A stretch of DNA of 61,723 bases from contig CAZJRM010000002.1 in assembly GCA_964547975.1 (NCBI GenBank), forward strand, positions 1 through 61,723, read 5' to 3'. The stretch comes from an uncultured Vicinamibacterales bacterium. GTDB lineage: Bacteria; Acidobacteriota; Vicinamibacteria; Vicinamibacterales; JAKQTR01. A program made the position numbers and the translations under genes. The notes under the pieces were generated by a model. It was not told the origin of the DNA, did not search any database, and was given only the letters and a program-made list of their open reading frames with translations. Shown one piece after another: positions 1 through 9,361 of this stretch. Position 1 is the first letter of the stretch. Every line of letters begins with the position of its first letter.

Positions 1-551
1 CGCACGCCCACCAGGACCAGGGCGGCTTCACGCTCTTCCGCCGCGACTGGCTGGCCGTCACGCCGAACATCTGGTCCAGGAGCGGCGTGCACCAGGACGT
101 CGCCGTTCACAACGTGCTGCGCTTCGAGCGGCCCGACGGGACCACGGTGCCCCAGACACGAAGCGCGAGCCTGCGCTCGACCGTGTCGACAGAGACCGAC
201 CCGGCGGGCGGCACGACCCTCGTGGCCGACCTCTCGAACGTCTACTACTACAACAAGACCTTCGTGCAGCACTGGACGCGCCGCTTCGAGTTCCGCGGTG
301 ACACGCTCCGCGTCACGGATTCGTGCACCGTCGCGGACGGCGTCCGGCCGGTCTTCCAACTCCACGTGCCCGTCGAGCCCGTGCGGCTCGACAACGGCAC
401 GGTGGTCGCCGGCAACCTGACCGTTGTTCCGCTCCAGGAAGGGACCGTGACCTGGAGCGCCATGCCGACGCCGGAGTACAGCAAGGGCTATCGGCTCGAC
501 TTCACGTCGGCTGTCGGCTGCGCGTTCGCCTTCGACCTGCGCGCGCAGTAG
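1..551 (+). CDS. heparinase II/III-family polysaccharide-lyase-like protein, C-terminal part (5' end outside window)
   Basis: Frame 3 is open from the window edge to TAG 549-551. Translation from nt 3 reads HAHQDQGGFTLF, resembling the His-x-His...Phe signature of the heparinase II/III C-terminal domain. The listed ORF 87-551 is only the part after the first Met. Confidence 0.55.
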   Translation, partial: HAHQDQGGFTLFRRDWLAVTPNIWSRSGVHQDVAVHNVLRFERPDGTTVPQTRSASLRSTVSTETDPAGGTTLVADLSNVYYYNKTFVQHWTRRFEFRGDTLRVTDSCTVADGVRPVFQLHVPVEPVRLDNGTVVAGNLTVVPLQEGTVTWSAMPTPEYSKGYRLDFTSAVGCAFAFDLRAQ

Positions 552-567
552 GTTCGGCCCGACACAC

Positions 568-599
568 GGAGAGGCCGTCTCACCAGAGACGGCCTCTCC
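568..599. terminator. perfect 14-bp GC-rich hairpin between convergent genes
   Basis: GGAGAGGCCGTCTC-ACCA-GAGACGGCCTCTCC read directly. It lies between the stop at 551 (+) and the stop at 629 (-). No strong T-tract. Confidence 0.5.
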
Positions 600-628
600 A
601 TTGGATTCGCGACGAACGCGCGGGGACT

Positions 629-1309
629 CTAGCCCCGACCGATGAGGCGCGATACGGTCACGGTGGCCAGTCCCTTGCGCCGCAGAACGTCGAGGAGCCC
701 CGGCAACTCGCGCGCACAGGTTTCGTTGTCGTCGTGCATCAGCACGATGTCACCCGCCGTCACGCTCGAGTAATCGGGCGCCTTCCCCTTCCACTTGCCT
801 TCCTGCCGCATGGAATCAACCGCATCGATCGACCACATCACCGTCGTGTAGCCCGAGCGGGCGAGCCACAGGAACCCGGAGACCCCCATTTCGCCGCCAG
901 GCGGACGGAACAGCCTCGTGGCCAGGCCGTGGCGCTTCAGGGCGGCATCGCCCAGCGTCGCCTGGTTCCGGACGTCGTTCCTCCTGTGGTCGTACCCGTG
1001 GTTGCCCACCTCGTGCCCCTCGGCGACGATGCGGGCGGCGAGATCGGGCCGGGCCTCGACCCGGTTGCCCTGCAGGAAGAACGTCGCGGTCGCGCCGTGT
1101 TGCCGGAGCACGTCGAGCACCGACGCGGTCCACGACGGGTCAGGCCCGTCGTCGAACGTCAGGGCCACGCGAGCCTGCAGCGGCGAGGCGTGCCAGCAGA
1201 TGAACCTGTGCCACGCCGGCGCGCCGGCCAGGCGCTTGATGCCCTGCTTCACGCGGGAACGCAGACTGGGCAAGACTCCCTCCAGGTCCAGACTAACACG
1301 GCGGCACAC
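629..1309 (-). CDS. polysaccharide deacetylase (NodB homology / CE4 family)
   Basis: LTFDDGPDP (TFDDG motif) and HEVGNHGYDH (His-His metal motif) are present. 226 aa. Confidence 0.85.
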   Translation of the reverse strand: MCRRVSLDLEGVLPSLRSRVKQGIKRLAGAPAWHRFICWHASPLQARVALTFDDGPDPSWTASVLDVLRQHGATATFFLQGNRVEARPDLAARIVAEGHEVGNHGYDHRRNDVRNQATLGDAALKRHGLATRLFRPPGGEMGVSGFLWLARSGYTTVMWSIDAVDSMRQEGKWKGKAPDYSSVTAGDIVLMHDDNETCARELPGLLDVLRRKGLATVTVSRLIGRG

Positions 1310-3242
1310 CTGCCCGAGCCTCGCGCGCCGGCGCGGTGAGGCTCGCCGGCTCCCGCGGCAGGCGTCCCTTCACGCGCTCGAGGCGCGTGGCCGCCTCGGC
1401 GAGCGCCGCCTCCCAGTCCTCGGGGTCGTGTGACCAGTGACCGGGTCCGTACCGCTCGGGCGCCGGCGCGGCGTCCGCGACGGCCCGCGTCAGGATGCGC
1501 CGCGCCAGGGTGTCGGCAAACGCCCCTTCGCCAGCCTGCTTCAGCAGCCAGAAGTACTCGAAGTCCGTCTGCCCGCGCCGTACCTGCTTCATCCGGATGT
1601 TGACGATCGGTTGGTCGTGGCTCACGCGGCGGCCCGGGTAGATGAATACGCCCTGGGACACGGCCCAGGGCCGATTCCTGGGCTGATCCCAGATTTCGTT
1701 GTCGCGATTCTCGCCGGCCCTGCCCGGCGGCGTCACGAACGCCCCGGGTCGCGCCGGATCGGGAACCGCCCGACGCCACGCTTCGGCCATCGAGTAGTAA
1801 CAGAGATAGTCGATGCGGTAGAGCCAGGCGATCCAACTCCACGAACGCAGGGCCACGCCATCGGCGTCGAGCGTCTCGTTGCCCTGGTACGGTTCACCCC
1901 CCTGGTACATGCCGCGCCACGTCTCGCGAGGCAGCTGGGCCATCGCCGCGGGGTTGTAGTAGTCGCCGGCCACCATGAGCATGTCGACGTCGCGCAGCAG
2001 TCCAAGCACGGGCGTCTGCTGGAACCAGCGGGACCCGAGCGCCCGGTACATGGCCACCTGGGAACGCAGCGCCCCGCCCGACACCTGACGAACCCTCCGG
2101 GCGTACGCCGCCACGGCCCGGAGCGACCCCGCCGGAGGTTCGTCGGCGAGGTACACGTACGCCCGGTCGAGGTCCCAGCGCCGCTCGCGCCAGTGGCGGA
2201 CGATTTCGCCAAGCATCTGATCCCACGCGGCCTCGGACGAGGGCCACCGCGAGCCGCCTTTGATTCCGGGGAAGGCGGGGACCTTCCAGAGTTCGATCGG
2301 CCGTTCGCCAGGGCCGAAGAGGTTGGCGTCGCGGCTCAGGAGCCGATCGAACCGCCGGTCGTAGTCCGACCAGTCCACGTGAGCCAGGCGACCGTCCTGC
2401 CCGATCACGACGCGAGGGACATCCCGACGGTACATGTTGCCCGCCGTGAAGCGGTGACGCCTCGCGGTACGGTACACCTCGTCTTCGTACCGGTCGCGGG
2501 CTGCCCCGGTCAGCCAGTCTCCGCCGGCCTGGTTGAGGTCACCGATCGAGAAGTTCATGAAGAACGGCTGGTGAATGGCCCTCGGGATGTCGAAGTCGAG
2601 CACGCGCACGGACAACACGATCGACGCCGTTCCCGCCGCGGACGACACCGTCAACGTCCCCGCGTAGCGACCCGGCGCGAGGCCGTATGGAATGGCCAGA
2701 TCGACCCACACGCTCTGGGTGCTGCCCGGTAGGACACGGAAGGGGGGACCGTCGTAGCCGCCGTACGCCGGCGTGTCACCGACGTCCCAGGGCACGAGGG
2801 CATCGGGATACCAGCCGGGTCCCATCGATGGCCCGTTGGTCGGCCCGGACCCGCTGTCGACTCTGGTGTAGTAGGCCTTGAACAACTCGATGCGGCTCGT
2901 GTCGATCGACGATTCTCCCGGCCCGCCGAGGGGTGAGGCCACGACGTTGACGGCGTCACGGCCGACGGTACCGCCCTCGATCATGATCTGGAACGCGAGG
3001 GTCTCTCCCCGGGCGCCCCGAAGGGAGACGGTGCGCTCTTCGGCGTTCCAGATAGAGTTGCGGCGGCGCAGGGCGCGGAGATCGATCCGCCGGTCCTGAC
3101 TGAAGACGCGGTCCCCTGTTCGATCGACCTTGAAACCCTCCGGCAACGCCCAGACCGGCGGCGTGGCGGGCGCAGTAGGAGTCGCCAGGAGCGCGGCGGC
3201 GGCCGCGGCACAAAACGCCAAGGTCGGAAGTGGGTGCGCCAT
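1293..3242 (-). CDS. secreted hypothetical protein, possibly DUF4091 / glycoside-hydrolase-like
   Basis: 649-aa ORF with an Ala-rich signal peptide (MAHPLPTLAFCAAAAAALLATPTAPA). The family assignment is from memory of DUF4091-like proteins and is weak. Confidence 0.6.
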   Translation of the reverse strand: MAHPLPTLAFCAAAAAALLATPTAPATPPVWALPEGFKVDRTGDRVFSQDRRIDLRALRRRNSIWNAEERTVSLRGARGETLAFQIMIEGGTVGRDAVNVVASPLGGPGESSIDTSRIELFKAYYTRVDSGSGPTNGPSMGPGWYPDALVPWDVGDTPAYGGYDGPPFRVLPGSTQSVWVDLAIPYGLAPGRYAGTLTVSSAAGTASIVLSVRVLDFDIPRAIHQPFFMNFSIGDLNQAGGDWLTGAARDRYEDEVYRTARRHRFTAGNMYRRDVPRVVIGQDGRLAHVDWSDYDRRFDRLLSRDANLFGPGERPIELWKVPAFPGIKGGSRWPSSEAAWDQMLGEIVRHWRERRWDLDRAYVYLADEPPAGSLRAVAAYARRVRQVSGGALRSQVAMYRALGSRWFQQTPVLGLLRDVDMLMVAGDYYNPAAMAQLPRETWRGMYQGGEPYQGNETLDADGVALRSWSWIAWLYRIDYLCYYSMAEAWRRAVPDPARPGAFVTPPGRAGENRDNEIWDQPRNRPWAVSQGVFIYPGRRVSHDQPIVNIRMKQVRRGQTDFEYFWLLKQAGEGAFADTLARRILTRAVADAAPAPERYGPGHWSHDPEDWEAALAEAATRLERVKGRLPREPASLTAPAREARAGVPPC

Positions 3243-3613
3243 GGGGTGAGCGTCCCCATTCTAGGCCGGGCCGGGCGCGAGATCACCAGCGTGATTGATT
3301 CGGAGCGTGTCGCCTGCGCGCGTTCACCTGCTAAACTACTGATATCATGATGGATACGCTCGACGGATCCCGGTGATGCCAGGCCAGGAGAGCCGAGCGT
3401 GCGGGAAGCGCGAATCCATGCCGTATCATTCGTGAAACAGGGGCGACCGAGGGGCCGTTTGGGGCGCCGAAGTTCTTCAGGTTGCCTCCTGCGACGACAA
3501 GAGTCACCCACAGAGGCGACTAGATCTCGAATGCCGTGGCAAGCGCGCCGGAGACGAGAAGAAGGCACTCGGTACACGGACTGTTTGTTTTCAATGCGTT
3601 ACACCAGTTCGTG

Positions 3614-3629
3614 TCCGTGATTTCACGGA
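3614..3629. promoter_or_regulatory. perfect 7-2-7 palindrome TCCGTGA-TT-TCACGGA, candidate protein-binding site
   Basis: Read directly. It lies 22 nt upstream of the -24 element at 3651. A third CACGGA half-site lies at about 3581-3586. Confidence 0.3.
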
Positions 3630-3650
3630 ATTGCACAGTCAGGCATCTGC

Positions 3651-3666
3651 TGGCAGACCGTTTGCT
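3651..3666 (+). promoter_or_regulatory. sigma-54 (-24/-12) promoter candidate
   Basis: TGGCAG-ACCGT-TTGCT matches TGGCAC-N5-TTGCW with exact GG-N10-GC spacing. It lies 64 nt upstream of the ATG at 3730 in an AT-richer intergenic region. Confidence 0.65.
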
Positions 3667-3729
3667 ATATGTATGGGCAACGGCATATAGCCGAACCTCG
3701 AACACAACTCGGAAAAGGGTAAAAAGAAC

Positions 3730-4443
3730 ATGCGCAAACTCGTCGTCACGTTCTGCTTCCTCGGCCTGCTCGCGGCAGCGGTGCCGACCACTGCGGCTCC
3801 CCTTGTCTACGGTGACACGGGCGCCATCAGCGTCATCGGCCACAGCCTCGGGATCGCTGGCCAGACCTTCTGGACCCCCTGGGGCACGAAGAGCGCGTTC
3901 GCCGGCCAGACCATGGTGGGCGTGTTCATCAATCCGTCGGCCCCGCCGGCGTACACGGCCGGGATCTTCACGGCGTACTGCGTTGACCTCAAGACGGCTT
4001 GGGTCGACCCGCAGGAAGTCGAAATCCGCCGCGCCACCGAACTGCCGGACTCGGCAGTCCCGGTGTCGTCCAGCAACCCCGTCTACGTGCAGCCGGGTCG
4101 CGGCGCCGTCGCGGCTTGGCTCGTCAAGGCTTTCCACGGCCAGGTGACCGACAGCTTCATGGCCGCCGGTCTCCAGATGGCCATCTGGGAAGTCCTCTAC
4201 GAGACCGACAGCAGCTTCGCCATCGGCTCGGGCCTCTTCCGCAAGGGCACCGTCGACGCGACGGCGGCCGGCTACGCCAGCACCTACCTGAGCGCCGTGA
4301 GCCAGCGGTCGTTCGCGGAAGGCGTGTGGCTGGACACCGATCGCGGCCAGGACTTCCTGGTGCCGGTGCCCGAGCCCGGTTCGATGCTCCTGCTCGGCAC
4401 GGGGCTCCTTGGCCTGGCCAAGGCGGCTCGCCGCCGCCGGTAG
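3730..4443 (+). CDS. PEP-CTERM sorting-domain protein
   Basis: N-terminal signal peptide. The C-terminus VPVPEPGSMLLLGTGLLGLAKAARRRR has the VPEP motif, a TM helix and an Arg cluster. Confidence 0.9.
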   Translation: MRKLVVTFCFLGLLAAAVPTTAAPLVYGDTGAISVIGHSLGIAGQTFWTPWGTKSAFAGQTMVGVFINPSAPPAYTAGIFTAYCVDLKTAWVDPQEVEIRRATELPDSAVPVSSSNPVYVQPGRGAVAAWLVKAFHGQVTDSFMAAGLQMAIWEVLYETDSSFAIGSGLFRKGTVDATAAGYASTYLSAVSQRSFAEGVWLDTDRGQDFLVPVPEPGSMLLLGTGLLGLAKAARRRR

Positions 4444-4489
4444 GCGTAAGTCAGCTCTTCTAGCGTCGGCGTTGTTGGCGCCGTTCTTG

Positions 4490-4526
4490 GGCGCTCGCTT
4501 CTTCGGAGGCGAGCGCCTTCTTCTTT
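4490..4526 (+). terminator. rho-independent terminator
   Basis: GGCGCTCGC-loop-GCGAGCGCC followed by TTCTTCTTT, 47 nt after the stop at 4443. Confidence 0.7.
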
Positions 4527-4741
4527 GGCCCCACGCTGACCCGGCCGCGTGCGTCGGCCTTCAAGTCCTTCCTCCGTTCCGCGATCTCCTGTATCGTTTC
4601 GGGCTCAAGCTCGCGGCCACCGCGCCCGATAAGCGGACAGTCGGGACCCGACGTACGTGTGCCGTTTTCCGCCGGGTGTTATGCTTGAACGACGTGCCAT
4701 AGTCTGACGTTCGCCGGCGGGGGGCCAGTCGGCCGACGACG

Positions 4742-5644
4742 ATGTGGGGGGAGACCGGGCCAGAGATGTGTGACATCTCCTTCGTGGCGCTGACGTGGAA
4801 CTCGCGGGCGTACGTCCGGCGGTGCGTGGAATCCATCGCGGACCGATGCGAGGCGGATCGCCTCGCCTTCGAGATCCTCGTCGTCGACAACGGGTCCACG
4901 GACGGAACCGTGCCCGAGGTCGACATCATCAGGGCGGAAGGCCGGATTCCCCTTCACCTGATCGGACTCGCCGAGAATCGCGGCACGACATTGCCGAGGA
5001 ACCTCGCGCTCAAACAGGCGCGGGGCGGGCTCGTGTGCATCATCGATTCCGATACCGAGTTCCAGTCGGGGTCGCTGCGTCCCGTCGTCCGCCTGCTCGA
5101 AGGGGATCCGACCCTGGGGATTGTGGCGCCGCGACTGCTGCTGCCGGACGGCAGCGTGCAGCACTCCGTCAAACGGTTTCCCACGTTGCTCAACAAGCTG
5201 CAGAAGATCCCCCGCATCGTCCTTGGCGGCGCCGTCCCCCAGCCGGACTTCTACGCCCCCTTCCCCTTCGACGCCTGCGTCGACGTGGACACGGCCATTT
5301 CGGCCTGCTGGGTGTTCCGCCGGACGCTGCTCGACACGATCGGCCTTCTGGACGAGGGCATCTTCTACGCGCCCGAGGACGTGGAGTACTGCGCCCGCGT
5401 CCGTGAAGCGCAACTCCGGATTCTCTACTATCCGTATCTGACCATTCTCCACCACACGCAACAGATCACCCATCGGCGTCCGTTCTCGGCGACGTCCGCC
5501 TCCCATCTGAAGGGCCTCCTGCGTTATCACCGGCGCCACGGCGGTTGGTTCCGGCGGCCGTCCGTCGGCCCGATTCCACGGCCCGACACCGACCGCACCG
5601 TCCGGTCCTGGATCGCGGAGCGCGGACCGGAGGCCCGCCCATGA
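4742..5644 (+). CDS. glycosyltransferase family 2
   Basis: ISFVALTWNS...VVDNGSTDGT and an (E)D motif are typical of GT-A/GT2. The alternative start ATG 4766 (MCDISFVAL) is equally plausible. Confidence 0.85.
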   Translation: MWGETGPEMCDISFVALTWNSRAYVRRCVESIADRCEADRLAFEILVVDNGSTDGTVPEVDIIRAEGRIPLHLIGLAENRGTTLPRNLALKQARGGLVCIIDSDTEFQSGSLRPVVRLLEGDPTLGIVAPRLLLPDGSVQHSVKRFPTLLNKLQKIPRIVLGGAVPQPDFYAPFPFDACVDVDTAISACWVFRRTLLDTIGLLDEGIFYAPEDVEYCARVREAQLRILYYPYLTILHHTQQITHRRPFSATSASHLKGLLRYHRRHGGWFRRPSVGPIPRPDTDRTVRSWIAERGPEARP

Positions 5645-6786
5645 GCGTCCCCGTGCCCGTCGCCTGGGAGTCTCCGCTCAGGGTGGTCCACCTGGTCACC
5701 ACGCTCAACATCGGCGGCCTCGAGAAGGTCGTTCTGGATCTGGTGCGTTATCGAACCGGCATCGGCGGAACCACGCACGTCATCTGCCTCGCGGAGGACG
5801 GAGCACTCGCGCCGGACTTCGCGGAAATGGGCGTCCCCGTGGAGATCATCGGCCGCCCGGGGGACACCCTCGTCGGCCGGATCGTCAGGCTCGCTCGACG
5901 ACTGCGGCAACTCGATCCGGACGTGCTCCACACGCACAACCCCGGCCCGCACCTCCACGGAGCGGCTGCGGCAAGACTCGCGGGCGTGCCCGTGGTCGTG
6001 CACACGAAACACGGACGCAACTTCCCTGGACATCGCAAACGTGTGCTGATCAACCGGTACGCCGCCGCGATTACCGATTGCGTCGTCGCCGTGTCCGAGG
6101 ACGCCGCGGCCGTCGCACGCGACGTGGAGCGAGTTCCCAACGGAAAGGTCCGCATCGTCCACAACGGCGTGGACCTCGGCCGGTATCCGTTCCGGCCCGC
6201 GCGGCCGGATGACGGAACGTACCGGGCGGTCACCGTGGCGAGGCTCGACCCGGTGAAGAACCAGGCCAGTATGCTCAGGGCAGTGCGCCGTCTCGTCGAC
6301 CGTCAGCCGAACTTCACGCTGGATGTGGTGGGCGACGGTCCGTCGCGCCCCGAACTCGAGGCCCTGTGCGCGTCACTCGGGCTCGGGGAGGCGGTACGGT
6401 TCCACGGCTTCCAGTCTCGCGTGGCCCCGTTTCTCGCCGAGGCCGACTTCTTCGTCCTGTCATCGATCTCCGAAGGGATTGCCCTGACGCTGCTCGAAGC
6501 GATGGCCGTCGGACTGCCGGCCGTCGCAACCAACGTCGGCGGAAACCGCGAAGTGATCGTACACGGGGAGACCGGATACCTCGTGCCCTCGGATTCGGAC
6601 GACGCCCTGGCCGATGCGATGCTGGCCATCCAGTCACGAACGGTGCTCGGGCCGATGGGGATCGCGGCCCGTCGGCGCGTGGAAACGGAGTTCTCACTGG
6701 CCCGCGTCGTCGAACGGTACGAGGCGATCTACGGCGAGTGCCTGGCACGGCGGGGCGCGCGCCCCAAGGGGAGCCGGACACGATGA
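5641..6786 (+). CDS. glycosyltransferase family 4 (GT-B), PEP-CTERM/EPS-locus type
   Basis: Internal ATG 5641 overlaps the upstream stop (ATGA). RVVHLVTTLNIGGLEKVV at the N-terminus and an EGIALTLLEAMAVGLPAVATNVGG (E-x7-E region) motif are present. Confidence 0.85.
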   Translation: MSVPVPVAWESPLRVVHLVTTLNIGGLEKVVLDLVRYRTGIGGTTHVICLAEDGALAPDFAEMGVPVEIIGRPGDTLVGRIVRLARRLRQLDPDVLHTHNPGPHLHGAAAARLAGVPVVVHTKHGRNFPGHRKRVLINRYAAAITDCVVAVSEDAAAVARDVERVPNGKVRIVHNGVDLGRYPFRPARPDDGTYRAVTVARLDPVKNQASMLRAVRRLVDRQPNFTLDVVGDGPSRPELEALCASLGLGEAVRFHGFQSRVAPFLAEADFFVLSSISEGIALTLLEAMAVGLPAVATNVGGNREVIVHGETGYLVPSDSDDALADAMLAIQSRTVLGPMGIAARRRVETEFSLARVVERYEAIYGECLARRGARPKGSRTR

Positions 6787-8144
6787 CGCCCTGGCGCACG
6801 ATCATTCACGCGTTCGAAGGAGGACTCAAGCGTCGGAAGACGTTCCGCTACCTCGCCGAACTCGAACGATCGCAGTGGCTGTCCTCCGGCGAACTCGCCG
6901 CGAAGCAGTTCGGCGCGCTGCAGCGGCTGGTCACCTACGCGGCCAGGCACTGCCCGTACTACCGGGAGGCCTGGAGCCGAGCCGGCCTTACCCCGGAGGC
7001 CCTGACCACACGGGACGCCTTCCAGCGCTGGCCCGTGATCGATCGCGATGTGATTCGCGCGCATCGAACGGCCATGCGATCGACCGAACCCGGCATGCGT
7101 GTGCAGAGCAAGGCCACGGGCGGGTCGACGGGCACGCCGCTGCAGTTCGACCTCAACCCGGACAGTGCCGACCGCCGTGTGGCGGCATCGTTCCGAGGCT
7201 ACGGGTGGGCGTCGGCTGGACCCGGCACGAAGCAGCTGTACCTGTGGGGCGGAGCCGTCGGGACGCCTCCGGCCTGGCGCCGAATGAAGGCCGAGTGGTA
7301 CGACCGCCTGTACCGGCGGCGAACCGTGAACTGCTTCCACGTCAGGCCCGATCGCCCGGAGGCGTTCGTCGACGCGCTGGTATCGTACCGGCCGGACGTC
7401 ATCGTCGCCTACACGAACCCGCTCTACGAGGTCGCCCGGGCATTGGAAGGCGCGGGTACGACGCCCTACGCGCCGCGGTCGATCGTCGTGGGCGCCGAGA
7501 AACTCCACGACTTCCAGCGCGAGGTCATCGAGCGGGTGTTCCGGGCGCCCGTGTTCGAGACGTACGGCTCGCGGGAATTCATGCTGATCGGCGCCGAGTG
7601 CGACCGGCATCACGGCCTGCACATGACCGTCGAACAGCTGATGGTCGAGGTGCTGGACGACCACGGCCAGCCGGCGGCGCCGGGGACCGAAGGCGACATC
7701 GCGATCACGGACCTGTTCAACTACGGCATGCCGTTCATCCGCTACATCAACGGGGACCGGGCCGTGGCCGGATTCGAGACCTGCCCGTGCGGACGGGGCT
7801 TGCCGCTGCTGCAGAAGGTCGTCGGCCGCCGGCTGGACGTGTTGAGCACGCCCGACGGACGGCTCGTCGCCGGCGAGTTCTTTCCGCACCTGCTGAAGGA
7901 GTTCGGCGCGATTCGCCGGTTCCAGGTCGTGCAGCACGCGCCCGACGACATCCGCCTGCAGATGGTCGTCTCGGGCACGTGGCTGCCCGAAGACGAGGCC
8001 AGACTGCGGCGCGAGGTGGAAGCAGTCCTGGGAACCCGCGGCCGCTTCTCGATTACCGTGGTCGATGACATCCCGCTCACGGGCACGGGCAAGCACCGTG
8101 TCGTCGTGAATCTCTGCCCGCCGCCCCCTGCCGGCCGGCCGTAA
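6783..8144 (+). CDS. phenylacetate-CoA ligase / CapK / F390-synthetase-family adenylate-forming enzyme
   Basis: ATG 6783 overlaps the upstream stop (ATGA). KATGGSTGTPL is an AMP-binding-type P-loop. The N-terminus (FRYLAELERSQWLS..L...Q...L) resembles CapK/PaaK-like proteins. Confidence 0.8.
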   Translation: MTPWRTIIHAFEGGLKRRKTFRYLAELERSQWLSSGELAAKQFGALQRLVTYAARHCPYYREAWSRAGLTPEALTTRDAFQRWPVIDRDVIRAHRTAMRSTEPGMRVQSKATGGSTGTPLQFDLNPDSADRRVAASFRGYGWASAGPGTKQLYLWGGAVGTPPAWRRMKAEWYDRLYRRRTVNCFHVRPDRPEAFVDALVSYRPDVIVAYTNPLYEVARALEGAGTTPYAPRSIVVGAEKLHDFQREVIERVFRAPVFETYGSREFMLIGAECDRHHGLHMTVEQLMVEVLDDHGQPAAPGTEGDIAITDLFNYGMPFIRYINGDRAVAGFETCPCGRGLPLLQKVVGRRLDVLSTPDGRLVAGEFFPHLLKEFGAIRRFQVVQHAPDDIRLQMVVSGTWLPEDEARLRREVEAVLGTRGRFSITVVDDIPLTGTGKHRVVVNLCPPPPAGRP

Positions 8145-8152
8145 CCGAACCG

Positions 8153-9361
8153 ATGCGTATCCTGTTCGTCACCGGCGACTTTGCGACGCCCCTGCAGGCC
8201 ACCCGCGGCATGTTCAACGTGCAGATGGCCCGGGCGCTCGCCCGCCGGCACGATGTCACGGTCATCGCCCACGTGGCGTGGCGCGACGAGTGGAAGCTGC
8301 GCACGCCGGGCCGCCCCGTCGAACGCCGGCGCCACATCGACGGCATGGACGTCCGGCATCCGCGGTACTACTACACGCCGGGGATGCTGAGGACCCGGTA
8401 CGGTTCCTATCTGTGGCACTCGATTGCCGGCACCGTGCGCGACGTACTGCGCGAACGGCCGCCCGACGTCGTCCTCAGCTACTGGCTGCACCCTGACGGT
8501 GAAGTCGCGGTCCGGATTGGAGCGCTCGCCGGAATCCCGGCCGTCGTGATGTCTGGCGGGTCAGACCTGCTGCTGATGACGCGCAACGCCGCACGACGAC
8601 GGAAGGTCGAAGCCGTGCTGCGCGGCGCGGACGCGGTCGTCTGCGTCAGCGAGCACCTGGCCGCCGAGGCGCGGCAATCCACGCCGACGCAGACCCCGGT
8701 TCGTGTCGTGAGACGCGGTGTCGACCTGGACCGCTTCTGCCCTGGCGATCGGTCCGAGGCGCGGCGCCGCCTGGGCGTTCGCCCCGATCGGCCGGCCCTG
8801 GTGTGGGTGGGCCGTCTCGACCCGGTCAAGGGTCTCGACGTGTTGCTGTCCGCCTGCGCCCGGTTGAAGCATCAGGGCTCCGACTTCGGCGTGTACCTCG
8901 TCGGAGGCGGCCCGCTCCGGCAGGCGCTGAGCGAACAGGCCGCACAGCTGGGTCTGTCCGACCGTGTCGTCATGCCCGGCGTGGTCTCGCACGACACGCT
9001 GCCCGACTGGTATCGCGCCGCAGACATCACGGTGCTGCCCAGCCTCTCGGAAGGCGTCCCGAACGTATTGATGGAGTCGATCGCCTGCGGCACGCCCTTC
9101 GTGGCGAGCGACGTCGGCGGCGTCAGCGAGATCGCGGATCCTCTCCTGGACCGCCTCGTGCCCGCGGGGGACTCGGAGGCGCTCGCAGCGGCGCTGGCCT
9201 CCGTGCTGGCCAACCGCGGCTCGGGATCCCGGCGATTCGTCCCCCAGTCCTGGGACGCGTCGGCCGAGCAGATGGAGTCCGTGCTCGTGGACGCGCTGCG
9301 CCGCCGAGGAACCGCGCCGGCTCTCACGTCGCGAGGTTCAACCGGAGTGTCTCGGCCATGA
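8153..9361 (+). CDS. glycosyltransferase family 4 (GT-B)
   Basis: MRILFVTGDFATP at the N-terminus. The C-terminal half carries SLSEGVPNVLMESIACGTPFVASDVGG. Confidence 0.85.
   Translation: MRILFVTGDFATPLQATRGMFNVQMARALARRHDVTVIAHVAWRDEWKLRTPGRPVERRRHIDGMDVRHPRYYYTPGMLRTRYGSYLWHSIAGTVRDVLRERPPDVVLSYWLHPDGEVAVRIGALAGIPAVVMSGGSDLLLMTRNAARRRKVEAVLRGADAVVCVSEHLAAEARQSTPTQTPVRVVRRGVDLDRFCPGDRSEARRRLGVRPDRPALVWVGRLDPVKGLDVLLSACARLKHQGSDFGVYLVGGGPLRQALSEQAAQLGLSDRVVMPGVVSHDTLPDWYRAADITVLPSLSEGVPNVLMESIACGTPFVASDVGGVSEIADPLLDRLVPAGDSEALAAALASVLANRGSGSRRFVPQSWDASAEQMESVLVDALRRRGTAPALTSRGSTGVSRP

Noticed and set aside
3333-3345. An AT-rich CTGATAT(C) / TGATATCA motif seen upstream of all three PEP-CTERM genes (about 3336, 31045, 42746).
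   Set aside because: The distances to the -24 element differ widely (about 315, 53 and 20 nt). The third copy has an extra base. Short AT-rich words are expected in AT-richer intergenic DNA. Not convincing as a shared activator site.
4476-4491. Sigma-54-like TGGCGC-CGTTC-TTGGG upstream of the glycosyltransferase operon.
   Set aside because: The invariant -12 GC is replaced by GG, and the sequence overlaps the 5' arm of the terminator hairpin of the preceding gene.
5545-5640. N-terminal extensions of listed ORFs (5545, 6366, 8803, 10377, 18413, 24876, 29338, 38995, 42826, 43245, 53378).
   Set aside because: The extensions are Arg/Pro-rich, overlap the preceding gene, and lack homology-like sequence. 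Internal starts give ATGA overlaps, SD sequences and/or proper signal peptides.
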